Source: an uncultured Ignavibacteria bacterium
Lineage (GTDB): Bacteria > Bacteroidota > Ignavibacteria > UBA10030 > UBA6906
Reading direction: 5' to 3'
Assembly: GCA_963701735.1 (NCBI GenBank)
Contig: CAVPBI010000031.1
Span: forward strand, 1,356 to 65,355
DNA length: 64,000 nucleotides
The notes beneath the pieces are model-generated. The model was not told the origin of the DNA. It did no database searches and saw nothing but the letters and a program-made list of their open reading frames with translations. Numbering within the stretch: the stretch's first letter is position 1; each line of letters begins with the position of its first letter. This document shows, piece after piece, positions 42,938 through 52,919 of the stretch. The position numbers were made by a program, and so were the translations under genes.

Positions 42938-43990
42938 TGCCGGGTCGTGCCGTCCGGCAGCTTCAGAGGCATGGTGGCGACGAATCCGCCTTCGGCGGGG
43001 CTGAGCGTGAGGCCCTCAGGCTGCGTGTAGCCCGCCGGGAGCCAGGGACGAAGCTGATCCAGCGTCTGTGCCCACTCCTTCGTGGTGTCCTGGTATGTCC
43101 TCTGGGCGTAATACACCTCGTGCAGCGCACACTTCACAGCCCAGGCAGGATCAGGTCTGGAACGTCGCCTGCCCCGGCTGTTCGGAGGAGAACTGGACGT
43201 AACCCCAGAGCTCCGGGCGATGCATATCGACAACCCACTGCGGCGACCAGACCCAGTTGTCTTCCCGCTTCCCGGCGACCTTGCGGTACGATCCACCGGC
43301 GATCTCATGGAGCCATTCCACGCGCGAGAAGTTGATGCGCCACTGATCGCCGTCCTGCGGCGGAGCAGGGCGGTGAGCGTACTGCTTCAGGGCGCTCCAC
43401 GGCATCGCGATCTCGACACTCCAGCCGCTGTCCACATCCGCGGGATTGTTGATCGTCCCACGGACGTGCACGGCCGTCTTCAAGCCGTCGATATTCCAGC
43501 CGTCAACGGCGCTGCCCTTGTCTTTGTACGGCTTGGGAAGGAACAGATCCCACACGGTGTTCAGGGCGTTCATCTCGAACTCGTAGTACTCGTGGTTGTC
43601 ACCGTTGGGATCGATGAACACCTCGAAATCGTTGTCGATGAATATCACCGTGTCCCGCCTGGTCAGCGTTGCCCAGACATGCGGTTCCTGCAGTTCGGCG
43701 CCGATGTAGAGGTACGTATCGTCCCAGGACATCTTGGCCCGCGTCCTGAACCGGGGCTTCGGCCGTGCGTCACCCTCGATGTCGTTGAAGTCATCGGTCC
43801 ACGGGGCGGACGTCCAGGCCGGCTCGGTCAGCTCTCCGTCGATCACCAGGGGCTGGGCGGCCTTGGACGCGATGTAACCCTTGGGATGGGGCTTCCCGGG
43901 GGGGAGGGGCTTTCCTGCTGTCTCATCTCCGCCCTGACGGCAGCCAATACCCACGACGAGAAGGAATACGAAAAGAGCGAGTGGCTTCAT
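42898..43990 (-). CDS. CBM9-like (carbohydrate-binding family 9 / DOMON-like) lipoprotein; 1 frameshift
   Basis: ATG at 43990 gives MKPLALFVFLLVVGIGC (lipobox). LVIDGELTEPAWTSAPW, WDDTYLYIGAEL, DNDFEVFIDPNGDNHEYYEFEMNALN and WSVEIAMPW match my memory of CBM9_2. Fragments are 43151..44017 and 42898..43308. The frame changes at about 43160. Confidence 0.6.
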
Positions 43991-44016
43991 GGTCTCTTCC
44001 AATGGTTTGAACATCA

Positions 44017-46545
44017 TTACTGGCCGCTGACGAACTCGCCGGACTGCATCGACCAGTCCGGGCCAAAGAAACCGGTCAGCACGATCCCGGCGTCGTCTTT
44101 TTCCTTCACATCGGAGGTGAACACCGTGAGATCCGGCAATCCAAGTCCGGGCTCCAGGTACATGACGGAATTGGAGAGCCTGAATCCTTCGATGCCGGTC
44201 CCTGAGACGACTCCAACCGATGCATGATCGCTTCCCGCGCGGGGACGGACGAAGATGCAGCAGGCATCCGGACGCTTCACGGTCTTGCCGCCGACATCAA
44301 TGCGGTCGCGCTCCACGGTGACCGGACAGTCGGGCAACAACGCCTTCCACAGGCGGTGCGTCGTGCCGTTCCCGTACAGGACCACGTTCCGATCCGGCTC
44401 CTTCGAGGGATCGAACTCCGTATCCGCAAGCACGTCCACCGACGCGTTCCCCTGATACCACAGCTTCTCGGCGTCGTACCGTGCGCGCTCGTACGCCCAG
44501 CGGTTCTCCTGTGGCGTGCCTGCCGTGCCGTACACGAGAGCCATCTTGTTCCTGAACGCCTCCTTGAAGGTTCCGTTCCGCCGTGCGTTCTTCACGGAAG
44601 CGGACGGCACGCTCACCTGACGCCACTTCCCCTGTTCCTTTCCGAGCCAGATCCCGTCGGTGGTGACGTCGGCGAGACGCACCTCGACCTTCTGACTGTC
44701 CAGCTCCACGGTCGCCGTTGCGCCGGGGCGCAGGACCCGCTTCTCGATCATGAGGCGCGACACGTTGGCCGTGACGCCCTGCACCAGGTTCAGACCCGGG
44801 TCGAGCGCCAGGCGCGCCGTGCTGAGTTCGAGCTGCCGTTCCTGCGCGTCGATGGCGAGCCAGTTGTCCCGGGACGAAATGCCGGGGTTCGCGGTCGTGA
44901 ATTCTACGGTGCGGATGCGATCCATGCCCGGCCGGGCGTGGCGGGCGAAGAAGTCGAACATCGGCCTCCAGTCCACGCAGTCGCTGCCGGGGCCCGGCCA
45001 GTTGTCCCACCAGTGCCCCGCGTCGGGCTGTTCGTAGTACACATAGTCCTTGTGGATCGGCTTCAGTTTCTCGAGCATCTTGTACGACTGCTCGGGGAAG
45101 ACGTTATCGTCCTTCGCCCCGTGGATGACGTAGACACCGAAGTGGCGGTAGTTGTCCGCCAGCGAGAACAGGTCGCTGGTGGATTCCACCCGGCGCAGCA
45201 TCCGCTTCACCAGCGTCGTCTCCGCCGGCGCGTTGGCGAACCGGTAGGAATGGAACGTGATCCACCCGGCGCTCGGCCCTATCGCCGCGAACTTGTCCGG
45301 ATAGGTGGCGCTCATGAACCAGGTCCCGTGGCCTCCCATGGAATGCCCGGTCAGATAGACGCGGTTCTCATCGATGTTGAACTTCTTCTTCGCCAGCTCC
45401 AGAACTTCCAGCGCGTCCATCCGTCCCCAGTCTTCCCACGAGAACCCGTACGGCCGCCTGTTTGTCGCGGCAACGACGACTCCCCACTTCTTGGGGGCGT
45501 AGGAATTGGCCTGGTTGAATGCCTCGACACCCGCGCCGTGGAGCGACAGGAAGAGCGCCGGACGATCCCGGAATCCTGCGGAATCCTGCGGGGTGACCGC
45601 ATAGTATTGCACGCTCCCGTCGATGCCGCTGACGAATGTCTCGCGCCGCACCTCCTCCGGGCCGACGACACGGAGCGTGATCGTGACGGTGTCGACCGCT
45701 GCCTTCTTGCCCGACACCCTGTCGACGAGCTCCAGGTACACCGGGATGCTCCCCTTCTCCTTGCGGGCGGCAGTCTTGATCTTGAACGCCAGCTTCCGGA
45801 CGCCCATGGCCGGAACGACCGGGACATCAACGGTCTCTCCTTTCCCTCCCGCCACACGGCAGACCAGGGCGTACCCCTTGAGCGCGGCGTCGGTCGAGTT
45901 GATGACGGGGATGCCGCCCCATGCGTCCGTCGCGGCCCCGACGATCACGTCGGGAATCGTGAGGTCCTTCGCATTGAAGGCGACCGGCTTCGCGGCCGGC
46001 ACGAGCCTGACCTTCATCCCTCCCCTGGCATAGCGGAAGATGAGAAGGTTCTGCCCCTGGGTGAGCTCAATGGGAATCCTGGAGTAGTCGAAACGCGGCT
46101 CCCATGGGTCGGGATTGTCCGTTTGCTGGTAGGGATTCCCGGACCGCAGCGTTCCGTTCACCAGGACGATGTCGTGCCCCATGCCTTCCAGGATCATTCT
46201 TGCGGGTGCATCCCGCTGGATGGTGACCGCAACATACCGCTCGCCCGGAGGCGCCTGCGGGAACCAGCCGGCGGCATCGGGCGTGATGCGCTGCCACGTC
46301 ACCTCGGTCCCATCGGCAGCCCGGGCGGGCTCTCCCTCTTTCGGAGCATCGGTCCGCGACCCGGTGAGCCACGCGTCCAGAGGCGTGCGCGGAATGACGG
46401 ACGTTACTGTCCGCCGCGGAAGCGCGATGCCCAGCGCTTCACGCACGATCAGCGTGTCGGACGGCCCCGCGGCGATTGCCGGCGCGGCAAGCGCGGCCAG
46501 GGCTGTCAGAAGGAATGTGTTTTTGATGATGGTCTTCATGGTCAT
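44017..46545 (-). CDS. Secreted 842-aa protein with C-terminal alpha/beta-hydrolase (S9-peptidase/esterase-like) domain; intact
   Basis: Signal peptide MTMKTIIKNTFLLTALAALAAPAIAAG. It has the nucleophile elbow VYLTGHSMGGHG, an LSLHGAG oxyanion-type region, and IHGAKDDNV. The N-terminal ~330 aa have no motif I recognise. The ATG overlaps the GH130 stop (ATGA at 46542-46545). Confidence 0.65.
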   Translation of the reverse strand: MTMKTIIKNTFLLTALAALAAPAIAAGPSDTLIVREALGIALPRRTVTSVIPRTPLDAWLTGSRTDAPKEGEPARAADGTEVTWQRITPDAAGWFPQAPPGERYVAVTIQRDAPARMILEGMGHDIVLVNGTLRSGNPYQQTDNPDPWEPRFDYSRIPIELTQGQNLLIFRYARGGMKVRLVPAAKPVAFNAKDLTIPDVIVGAATDAWGGIPVINSTDAALKGYALVCRVAGGKGETVDVPVVPAMGVRKLAFKIKTAARKEKGSIPVYLELVDRVSGKKAAVDTVTITLRVVGPEEVRRETFVSGIDGSVQYYAVTPQDSAGFRDRPALFLSLHGAGVEAFNQANSYAPKKWGVVVAATNRRPYGFSWEDWGRMDALEVLELAKKKFNIDENRVYLTGHSMGGHGTWFMSATYPDKFAAIGPSAGWITFHSYRFANAPAETTLVKRMLRRVESTSDLFSLADNYRHFGVYVIHGAKDDNVFPEQSYKMLEKLKPIHKDYVYYEQPDAGHWWDNWPGPGSDCVDWRPMFDFFARHARPGMDRIRTVEFTTANPGISSRDNWLAIDAQERQLELSTARLALDPGLNLVQGVTANVSRLMIEKRVLRPGATATVELDSQKVEVRLADVTTDGIWLGKEQGKWRQVSVPSASVKNARRNGTFKEAFRNKMALVYGTAGTPQENRWAYERARYDAEKLWYQGNASVDVLADTEFDPSKEPDRNVVLYGNGTTHRLWKALLPDCPVTVERDRIDVGGKTVKRPDACCIFVRPRAGSDHASVGVVSGTGIEGFRLSNSVMYLEPGLGLPDLTVFTSDVKEKDDAGIVLTGFFGPDWSMQSGEFVSGQ

Positions 46546-47537
46546 TTCCCGGATGTACCCTGTGACGGAATGTCTCCCTCGAGCGCGGCGTCAAGAAGGT
46601 CCTGGATGGTGGCAGTTGCGAGGCCGACCGCCGTGTCCGCGGCGCCATAGTACATCTTCACCGGACTGTCGGGCAGCGCGAATCCTTCCGCATCGTACTT
46701 CTCGACGATCATGCCGCTCGGGAAGACGACGTTGGGAACCTGTCCCGCCAGCTCATAGATCTCTCTCGGCTCGAGGATGTTGCACCGGCAGCGTCCGACG
46801 ACCTTCGCCGGGTCGTGCAGGTCGAGCAGCATGGCGCCGGCCTGGTAGATGTTGCTGCTCCCGAAGTGGCCCGCCACGCCGTGGTACACGTGCAGCCACC
46901 CCTGCCGGGTCTTGACCGGCGGCGGGCCGGATCCGATGAACTCGTCCCAGTAGTGGAACCGGCCGCTGATGAGAGCCGCCCGGGGCTGCCAGTGGATGAG
47001 ATCGTCGGATTCCGACAGCCAGATCGTGGTCCCGGAGGTCGGACCCGCCTGGTGGCGCGCCTTGTTGGGCCGGTCCATGCGCAGGTATTTCCCGCCGACT
47101 TTCTCCGGGAACAGAACCCCGTTGCGGATGTCTTCGGTGGACGTGATGCCGAGGAATTCAAAGGACTCAAAGTCTTTCGTCGCGCCAAGGCCCAGCTGGC
47201 ACCCGTCATCCATATCGAGGGCGAACATGATGTAGTACAGGTCGCCGAGCCGGGTGATCCGGGGGTCGTAGATGTGGTAGATGCGTTCCCGCACCTTTTC
47301 GATCCCCTTGAAATGGACGATCTCCTTCGACACCGTGAAGCGCACGCCGTCGGAGCTCCGCGCCACCATCAGCACGGTCTCACGGGAACGGCTTTGCACG
47401 CGCAGCATCAGAATCACGCCGCCGTCGAACGCGATGGCGCCGGGATTGAACACGGACGTCACGTCGCGCAGGAAGGGCGCGCTCGCCTGGATGTCGCTGC
47501 GGGTCAGGATGGGATTTCGCTCGTGCCGCCGGATCAT
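46542..47537 (-). CDS. GH130 beta-1,4-mannoside phosphorylase (Man-beta-1,4-GlcNAc phosphorylase-like); intact, cytoplasmic
   Basis: 331 aa with no signal peptide. NPILTRSDI, SVFNPGAI, YDPRITRLGD, NGVLFPEKVGGKYLRMDRP, WLHVYHGV, VVFPSGMIV and YYGAADT are characteristic of GH130. Confidence 0.85.
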   Translation of the reverse strand: MIRRHERNPILTRSDIQASAPFLRDVTSVFNPGAIAFDGGVILMLRVQSRSRETVLMVARSSDGVRFTVSKEIVHFKGIEKVRERIYHIYDPRITRLGDLYYIMFALDMDDGCQLGLGATKDFESFEFLGITSTEDIRNGVLFPEKVGGKYLRMDRPNKARHQAGPTSGTTIWLSESDDLIHWQPRAALISGRFHYWDEFIGSGPPPVKTRQGWLHVYHGVAGHFGSSNIYQAGAMLLDLHDPAKVVGRCRCNILEPREIYELAGQVPNVVFPSGMIVEKYDAEGFALPDSPVKMYYGAADTAVGLATATIQDLLDAALEGDIPSQGTSGK

Positions 47538-47552
47538 TGATGCTCCTTTTCT

Positions 47553-49487
47553 TCAGACGTTGCTCCGCCTGACGACAAAACCGTCGTCCTTGTGGTCGCG
47601 GGTCATCGTGCTGAGGCGGTGCAGCATGTCCTTGAGGTCTCGCGTGCCCCCGATGGCGAACCACACGATCACCAGGGCGGACACCACGATGTTGATCAGG
47701 ATGAACGTGCGCCAGAACGACATCCACGCCTGATCGGAGACCTCGGACGTGAGGTTGAAGTAGCTGCCGATCACAAACACCAGCGTCCAGGCGAACGTCC
47801 AGGTATACGCGCCGATATAGATGATCTTGTCTCCCCGGGTGAACTCTTTGCCCATGCCGAGCATCCGGAGTCCCTTGACCGGAACCTCCTCGATGATATT
47901 GGTCTCCTCCTTGATGGCGTACTGGCCCCGGTGCAGCATCCTGTCCATATCGAACGCGCGCTTCCCTCCGAGCAGGGACACCGCGATATAGACGAGCGAG
48001 GAGGAGAGCATGGCCAGGCCCCAGAACTGCTGGCCGTTGATGAAGAACCCGGGGTCGACCTGCTTGATGATGATGCCGCCGACGGCGACGATGGATCCCG
48101 TCAGGAGGGCGCTCCAGGCGGCGGCTGTGGTCCCGCGCTTCCAGTAGAGGCCGCCGATGATCACGGCTCCGGATCCCCCGGTGAAGATTGCGCCGGTAAT
48201 GGCAAAGAAGAGGAAAATGTACTCGCTCTGCTGGAAGATCAGGCTGAAGAAGAAGATGAAAATGCAGACGCCGAGGATCGACAGGCGGAGCGCACGGAGG
48301 TGCTGTTCCGGCGTGAACGGCTTGTTGCGGAACGGCATCACGACGTCCTGGATGAAGATGGCCCCCCACGAGTGCAGGTACGTATCGTGTGTCCCAATCG
48401 TCGCCATGAGCATCACGGCCGTCATCGCGCCCATCATACCCGGGAAGAGAAGCTCTTTGAGCACAAGTGGTACCGTGAGCTGGCTCCTGATGGCATTCGA
48501 ATCCAGGCCGTCGAGCACCGCGTTGACGCCGGCGGCCTTGTCCGCGAAATCGGCGTGGTGCATCACCGTGTACGCGATGATCGGGACGAACACCAGCATC
48601 AGCCATTTGGGGATGTCGCGGTAGTTCCCCAGCACGTCGCCCATCTTCGCCTCGTGCGCGCTCTTGGCCGACGAATTGTAGCCCTGCGTCCCCTGCCAGG
48701 ACATCTTCCCGTAGATCACCCCCGCCATCCCGATCAAGAAATACCAGAGGTTGAAATCCTCGACGTTGCTGGTCTTGTAGGGATTCAGGAGGGAGGCGTC
48801 TTTGGGAGCCGACGACAGCGCTTCATAGATGTGCGTCCAGTCGACCATGAAGAGCAGGATGACGATCAGGACGAGAAACACCGTATTGGCGAAGACCCCC
48901 TGGAGGAACTCCGTGATGAGCACCGCAATCTGCCCGCCGGCAAAGACGAAGTACAGAGCGAGGCCGAGAAAGAGGATCATCACGACCGGGAACGTGGCGA
49001 TCTCCATCCCCAGGACCTCGAATGACAGCGGAAGACCGCAGAAGTAGATGAAAAACCTCCCCCCCACGGCCGGGAAAATCCCGAAGTTGATGATGCCCGA
49101 GAGGAAGGCAAGCACGCCGGCAAACATGCGGAACCGCCGGCTGTAGCGGATCTCGAAGAACTGGGCCATGGTCAGCGCGCGGGTCTGCCGGAACCGGTAG
49201 AGCACCCATCCGGACACCGTGATGGCGAGCAGCACAATGCCCATCGTGAACTCCCACCAGCGGAGGGAGAACCCCGCAACGTAGTTCATCTCCCACATCC
49301 CCACGATCGTGATGGAGCCCAGCGCTGACATCCCCTGCGACATGCTGATCATGTAGCGGCCGCCGGTGCGGCCCGCCGACAGGAAGTCAGCGACGCTTCG
49401 CATGTAGCGCTTGCTCATGCCGACAACAACGATGAGGAACGCCATCGACACCACGACGATCGCCCAGTCAAGAAAGGTCAGACCCAT
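47553..49487 (-). CDS. Sodium:solute symporter (SSS family) permease; intact
   Basis: 644-aa polytopic membrane ORF. The N-terminus LDWAIVVVSMAFLIVVVGMSKRYMRSVADFLSAGR is the typical SSS start. It is positioned between GH125 and GH130. Confidence 0.8.
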   Translation of the reverse strand: MGLTFLDWAIVVVSMAFLIVVVGMSKRYMRSVADFLSAGRTGGRYMISMSQGMSALGSITIVGMWEMNYVAGFSLRWWEFTMGIVLLAITVSGWVLYRFRQTRALTMAQFFEIRYSRRFRMFAGVLAFLSGIINFGIFPAVGGRFFIYFCGLPLSFEVLGMEIATFPVVMILFLGLALYFVFAGGQIAVLITEFLQGVFANTVFLVLIVILLFMVDWTHIYEALSSAPKDASLLNPYKTSNVEDFNLWYFLIGMAGVIYGKMSWQGTQGYNSSAKSAHEAKMGDVLGNYRDIPKWLMLVFVPIIAYTVMHHADFADKAAGVNAVLDGLDSNAIRSQLTVPLVLKELLFPGMMGAMTAVMLMATIGTHDTYLHSWGAIFIQDVVMPFRNKPFTPEQHLRALRLSILGVCIFIFFFSLIFQQSEYIFLFFAITGAIFTGGSGAVIIGGLYWKRGTTAAAWSALLTGSIVAVGGIIIKQVDPGFFINGQQFWGLAMLSSSLVYIAVSLLGGKRAFDMDRMLHRGQYAIKEETNIIEEVPVKGLRMLGMGKEFTRGDKIIYIGAYTWTFAWTLVFVIGSYFNLTSEVSDQAWMSFWRTFILINIVVSALVIVWFAIGGTRDLKDMLHRLSTMTRDHKDDGFVVRRSNV

Positions 49488-49546
49488 AATTCAAGCTCCC
49501 CGTGCAATGAATGTGCGCAGCGCACTCGTGGAATGCGTCCAGCATC

Positions 49547-50893
49547 TCACCCCAGGGGCCGTGCGAGGATGTCCGGCCGCTCGGCATGCAGGCGCATGAT
49601 GAGCTCTCCGAACAGCGTGTTGGCCCAGGCGAACCACGACCGCGTGAAGCGTGTCGGGTCGTCCTTGTGATACGACTCGTGCATGAACCCTGTCCCTGCG
49701 TGGGACCCCTTCAACATGCGGAGGCAGCCGAGAATCTCCGCTTCGTCGGTGCTGGTCAGCGCCCGGACGATAATCGACATCGGCCAGACCATGTCCAGCC
49801 CCACATGCGGGCCGCCGATCCCTTCGCCGGCGGTCCCGCGGAAGAAGTACGGATTGTCCTCGCTCAGGAGGAGCGCCCGCGTGGCGCGGTACGTGGGGTC
49901 GTCCGGCGCGCACCATCCGAGATACGGCAGCGACAGCAGGCTCGGCACGTTCGCATCGTCCATGAAGAGCGCGTTCCCGAACCCGTCCACCTCATACGCG
50001 TACACGGGCCCGTGCTTCGGATGCCGCACGACCGCATTCGCCGCGATGGCCTCCTGGAGCTCGTCGGCGAAGCCGGTGCACTCCGCGGCGAACGACCTGT
50101 CGCGGACCTCCGTCGACCAGATCTCGCCCAGGGCGCGGAGGGCCACGACGGCGAACATGTTGGCCGGCACGAGGAACGGATAGATGCAGGAATCGTCGGA
50201 GGGCCGGAACGCCGAATGGATCAGCCCGCACCGCCGCGACGGGTTGCCGTAGCCTCCCATGGGCACCGTATCGTACCAGACCGCCGTCCACCGCTGGAAC
50301 TTGTACGGACCGATGCCGTGCTTCCGCTGCTGCTCCCGGAGCGTCCTGACCGCCAGCATCATAGCCTTCTGCCACGTCTTGTCGAAGACCGACGCATCGC
50401 CCGTGGTTTTCCAGTAGCCGTGCGCGAGGCGGACCGGATAGCAGAGCGAGTCGATTTCGTACTTCCGCTCGTGCAGCTCCGGCTTCATGTCGGTGAGATC
50501 CTTCACCCACTCGCTTGTTCCGGGCCCGTCGTTGAACGCGTTCGCGTACGGATCGATCAGGATGCACTTCGCCTGTCGGCGGATGACCCCTGCGATCAGG
50601 TCGCGCAGCCGCCTGTCGTCCCGCGTCAGCGGGAGAAACGGCCAGACTTGCGCGGCCGAGTCGCGCAGCCACATCGCCTCGATGTCGCCGGTAATGACGA
50701 ACGTGTCGGGTTTGCCGTCGACGACGCGGTAGCGGACCGTGGTATCAAGCGTGTTGGGGAAGCAGTTTTCGAAGAGCCAGGCAAGTTCAGGATCGGCGAT
50801 CGCGTTCGTGAGCCGCGCGATGGTAGCCTCGACGGCGTCGCTCACGAACTTCCGCCGGGCCGGGGGAGGACGCCGGGAGAGATAGTCCGCCAC
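49547..50893 (-). CDS. GH125 exo-alpha-1,6-mannosidase (metal-independent, DUF1237); intact, no signal peptide
   Basis: FENCFPNTLDTTV, FVITGDIEAMWLRDSAAQVWPFL, DPYANAF and HESYHKDDP match GH125 signatures. Confidence 0.85.
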   Translation of the reverse strand: MADYLSRRPPPARRKFVSDAVEATIARLTNAIADPELAWLFENCFPNTLDTTVRYRVVDGKPDTFVITGDIEAMWLRDSAAQVWPFLPLTRDDRRLRDLIAGVIRRQAKCILIDPYANAFNDGPGTSEWVKDLTDMKPELHERKYEIDSLCYPVRLAHGYWKTTGDASVFDKTWQKAMMLAVRTLREQQRKHGIGPYKFQRWTAVWYDTVPMGGYGNPSRRCGLIHSAFRPSDDSCIYPFLVPANMFAVVALRALGEIWSTEVRDRSFAAECTGFADELQEAIAANAVVRHPKHGPVYAYEVDGFGNALFMDDANVPSLLSLPYLGWCAPDDPTYRATRALLLSEDNPYFFRGTAGEGIGGPHVGLDMVWPMSIIVRALTSTDEAEILGCLRMLKGSHAGTGFMHESYHKDDPTRFTRSWFAWANTLFGELIMRLHAERPDILARPLG

Positions 50894-50941
50894 GTCTTGA
50901 GTGCCTTTCAGGTTATGCGTGGACCAGCTTCCTGTACCAGC

Positions 50942-50977
50942 AAAAAGGGCGCCCCAGATTCAGCTCCGAGGCGCCCT
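50942..50977 (-). terminator. Rho-independent-type terminator after the T9SS-protein gene
   Basis: On the minus strand AGGGCGCC-(16 nt)-GGCGCCCT is followed directly by TTTTTG, about 37 nt after the stop at 51014. The loop is long, so the call is moderate. It would separate the ROK/receptor/T9SS unit from the GH125 operon. Confidence 0.5.
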
Positions 50978-51013
50978 GAGACTTCACCACCGATCACACG
51001 GCGGATCGTGCAC

Positions 51014-52814
51014 TTACTTCATCAACACCATCTTGTACGTGCTGACAAAGTTGTCCGCCTTGAGGCGATAGACGTACATGCCGCTGGCAAGATTCGCGGC
51101 ATTGAAGTCCACCGTGTAGCTTCCGGGAGCCATGGTCTGGTTGACCAGCGTGGCCACTTCCTGGCCCAGCAGGTTGAAGACCTTCAGCTCGACGTTGGAC
51201 TGCGCCGGGATCGAGAACGCGATCTCGGTCGACGGGTTGAACGGGTTGGGATAGTTCTGCGAGAGGCTGTAGCCTTCGGGCAGCTCATTCACCCGCTTCA
51301 CGTCGGTCAGGAGCCACGCGGCTTTCTGCGTGGGGAACCAGTTCAGATCGCCGAGCGCGAAACCGTCCGTGCCGGCGCTCTGGAGAGCCGTGTTGGTGTA
51401 CGCAAGGCCGGCAGCTTCAGGAAGCGGCCACACCGCCGGATAGAGCGTGGGGCTCGGATACGTCCAGCGGGTGTCGATCGTGCCGACGCTGATCTTGTGG
51501 ACATACAGGATCAGGGAATCGAGATGGTTCGTGATAGCTGGCAGGGAAGCCAGGATCGGCTTCGAAGTTGTTCTCGACCTTGATGTTCGGGGAGAGCACG
51601 CCGGCCAGGTTGTCGATCGTCCACTGCGCATACGCGCTGACCCAGGTGGGCGGTACGAGGGTTCTCTTCACCCACATCTTCTGGACCGGCGCGTTCATCA
51701 CCGGGACATCGATGCTGTCATACTTCACGGTCGTGTCGTTGTAGGCTTTGTAGAAGTTCGTCAGCTTCTCCGGCCAGAAGTACGCGTTGTTCCGGACATC
51801 CAGAACGCGGTTCGCCGGGTTCAGCATGTCGAGCGTCACGCCATTGATCCCGGATCGACATACGCTTCGGGGCCGGTGAACGTCGCATTGTTCCAGAGGT
51901 CGGACCAGTAGCTGACGCTGTCGTTCCCTCTGAACTGGATGAGGGGGCTGGACGCGGTATCCGGATAGTTCAGGAACCACCCGCCGATGACGTGGTCGGG
52001 GTTTCCGCCCATGGCATGCATCGCGTAGAAGATGTTGTTCCGCATCCGGTTGTCATACGTCTGCCGGATCAGGAACGGGTTCACCGTGCCGAACACCATC
52101 GTATTGTGGTCGAACTGTGCCCACGGGGCAGTAGCCGCGGATCGACCAGGAATACGAGTTGTTGGCGAAGAACGTGTTGTTGATGAACTTCACGGTGTCC
52201 AGAGCAATCGGGGAGCCGGTCATGAAGGGCTGCCCGCCGAACCACGCACCGGAGTGCTGGTGGTTCCGGAAAATGCAGTCCTGGATGTCCAGCTTCGTCC
52301 ACTGGGCCGAGCCGATCCTGATGCCCGCGCAGCTGAACCCGTCAAGGATCACGCCGCGCATGGTCAGTTTCACGCTGTCGGCATGCATGCGGATACCGTC
52401 GCTCCAGCCGAGCCAGTTGTTGTCGGCACGCTGCGAGAGGACATACAGGTTGGTCAGTGACACGTTGGCGCCCTTGCCGATGAACTCGAAGAAGTGATCG
52501 ATCGACGAGTTGTCGGTGAGGATCGCGGGCGCAAGGACCGGCGGCCGGTTCGTGCCTGCCGTGGACGTCATGTACAGGTTACCGTTGACCTTGATGGGCT
52601 CGGTGACCTGGTACACTGATCCGCGGTTCAGCCGGTAGACACGGTCAGGATTGGCGCGAACGCCCCCTGCCAGCGTGTCGCTGTTGATCACGGTGTTGAT
52701 ATTCCCGGGGGGAACCGCCGCGACATCAAGCGTGTCGGGTGCGGCTGCAACCTCCGGGGGCATTGCAAAGGCCACCAGGCCAATCAATGCCAAGATGAAG
52801 ACCATTCCTTTCAT
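51014..52814 (-). CDS. Secreted protein: N-terminal beta-helix-like region plus T9SS C-terminal sorting domain; about 3 frameshifts
   Basis: ATG at 52814 gives MKGMVFILALIGLVAFAMP. The C-terminus (LSQNYPNPFNPSTEIAFSIP...VFNLLGQEVATLVN...GSYTVDFNAANLASGMYVYRLKADNFVSTYKMVLMK) is a textbook Por_Secre_tail. Fragments are 52053..52874, 51836..52099, 51417..51980 and 51014..51631. Frame changes occur at about 52123, 51850 and 51560. The beta-helix call rests only on repetitive N/G/I-rich segments. Confidence 0.7.
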
Positions 52815-52919
52815 CGTAAAGCTCCTGCAGAAGTGGTGAATGAAGCGTTTATTAGTTGAAGCGGGGTACGTCACAAAGAATATCGCCCTGCGACCTCCTC
52901 TTGTGTATGGTGAGTGGAA

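Noticed and set aside
45571-45590. Perfect 10-bp tandem duplication (GAATCCTGCG x2) inside the alpha/beta-hydrolase gene, as a possible slippage scar or frameshift.
   Set aside because: The ORF reads through it in one frame with plausible sequence on both sides (...YYAVTPQDSAGFRDRPALFLSLHGAG...), so it is most likely coincidental coding sequence.
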